Source: Nitrospirota bacterium (GTDB taxonomy: Bacteria; Nitrospirota; UBA9217). Taken from it: a stretch of 26,009 bases of DNA. Position numbers and translations under genes: made by a program. A model generated the notes under the pieces. That model saw nothing but the letters and a program-made list of their open reading frames with translations, did no database searches and was not told the DNA's origin. The stretch lies in NCBI GenBank assembly GCA_035623825.1, contig DASPSR010000014.1, positions 1 through 26,009 of the forward strand, written 5' to 3'. Below are positions 25,462-26,009 of this stretch, in pieces (the stretch's first letter is position 1; each line of letters starts with the position of its first letter).

Positions 25462-26009
25462 ATGAAGAGCAAACCGCGGAACAATGACCAGCACGTTGAT
25501 TCTCGATGGCTGAAATATGGCAGGAACCCTCTTGTCCATGTCGCCCTGATAATCATGCTCACCCTTGCCGCCTATTCCAACACCTTTCATGTGCCATTCC
25601 AGTTCGATGACCCGCGCAGCATCAGCGAGGTCCCCTTTGTCAGGGACATACACCAGTTCCCAAATCCCCTAATGCTGCAGCGTGCCGTAGGATTCTTTAC
25701 GTTTGCCCTCAACTACTGGCTCCATGGTACTGACGTTGCCGGTTACCATATCGTCAACCTCGTTATTCATATCATGAATGCGTTCCTCGTATACGCACTC
25801 GTAGCTCTGAGCTTCCGGACCCCGATCCTGCAAAGGTCTTCGTTGATGCGGTATGCGAAGCAGATAGCCCTTTTCACAGCCCTGCTCTTCGCCTGCCATC
25901 CGATACAGACCCAGGCTGTAACATACATTGCCCAGCGCTTCGCCTCGCTAGCGACGCTTTTTTTCCTGCTGAGCCTCGTCGCCTATGTCCGGTCGAGGCT
26001 TCCTCTCGG
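25462..26009 (+). CDS. TMTC-like GT-C protein (paralog 3), cut by the window end
   Basis: Not in the ORF track. GGAGGAG upstream. Reads MKSKPRNN...AYSNTFHVPFQFDD...FALNY...GYHIVNLVIH...FACHPIQTQAVTYIAQR and stays open to the end. TPRs not visible in the window. Confidence 0.88.
   Translation, partial: MKSKPRNNDQHVDSRWLKYGRNPLVHVALIIMLTLAAYSNTFHVPFQFDDPRSISEVPFVRDIHQFPNPLMLQRAVGFFTFALNYWLHGTDVAGYHIVNLVIHIMNAFLVYALVALSFRTPILQRSSLMRYAKQIALFTALLFACHPIQTQAVTYIAQRFASLATLFFLLSLVAYVRSRLPL

Noticed and set aside
24564-25653. Long alternative ORFs 24564-25487 (+) and 24571-25653 (-), and similar antisense ORFs such as 8814-9716, 12981-13751 and 20904-21737
   Set aside because: Shadow frames of well-supported genes, expected from GC-rich codon usage; no motifs.

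Overview
Bacterial chromosomal window of moderate GC; the gene content suggests an anaerobic diderm such as Nitrospirota or Desulfobacterota (inference only). Four blocks are visible. (1) A potassium island: the 3' end of an outer-membrane beta-barrel gene, a small exported protein, kdpD-kdpE and a KimA-like K+ transporter with its own promoter and a structured leader. (2) A patchwork of small genes: two Cys-rich ORFs (one is a 51-aa minus-strand gene absent from the ORF track), an exported hypothetical, mpg and a DUF2156 gene (both apparently leaderless), and an orphan MoeB/ThiF enzyme. (3) A three-part signalling operon: a PhnD-like lipoprotein, a histidine kinase with a periplasmic CxxCH heme-c motif and a sigma54 activator, followed by a convergent REC-PilZ gene. 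(4) After an AT-rich spacer carrying two divergent sigma54 promoters, an operon-like cluster resembling a lipid-linked protein glycosylation system: at least three TMTC-like GT-C genes (two complete with TPRs, one cut by the window edge), a GtrA-GT2 fusion, a TPR-only derivative, a membrane protein and a TPR-less GT-C. No rRNA, tRNA, CRISPR array or mobile element was seen. All assignments come from motifs recognised by eye; no searches were run.
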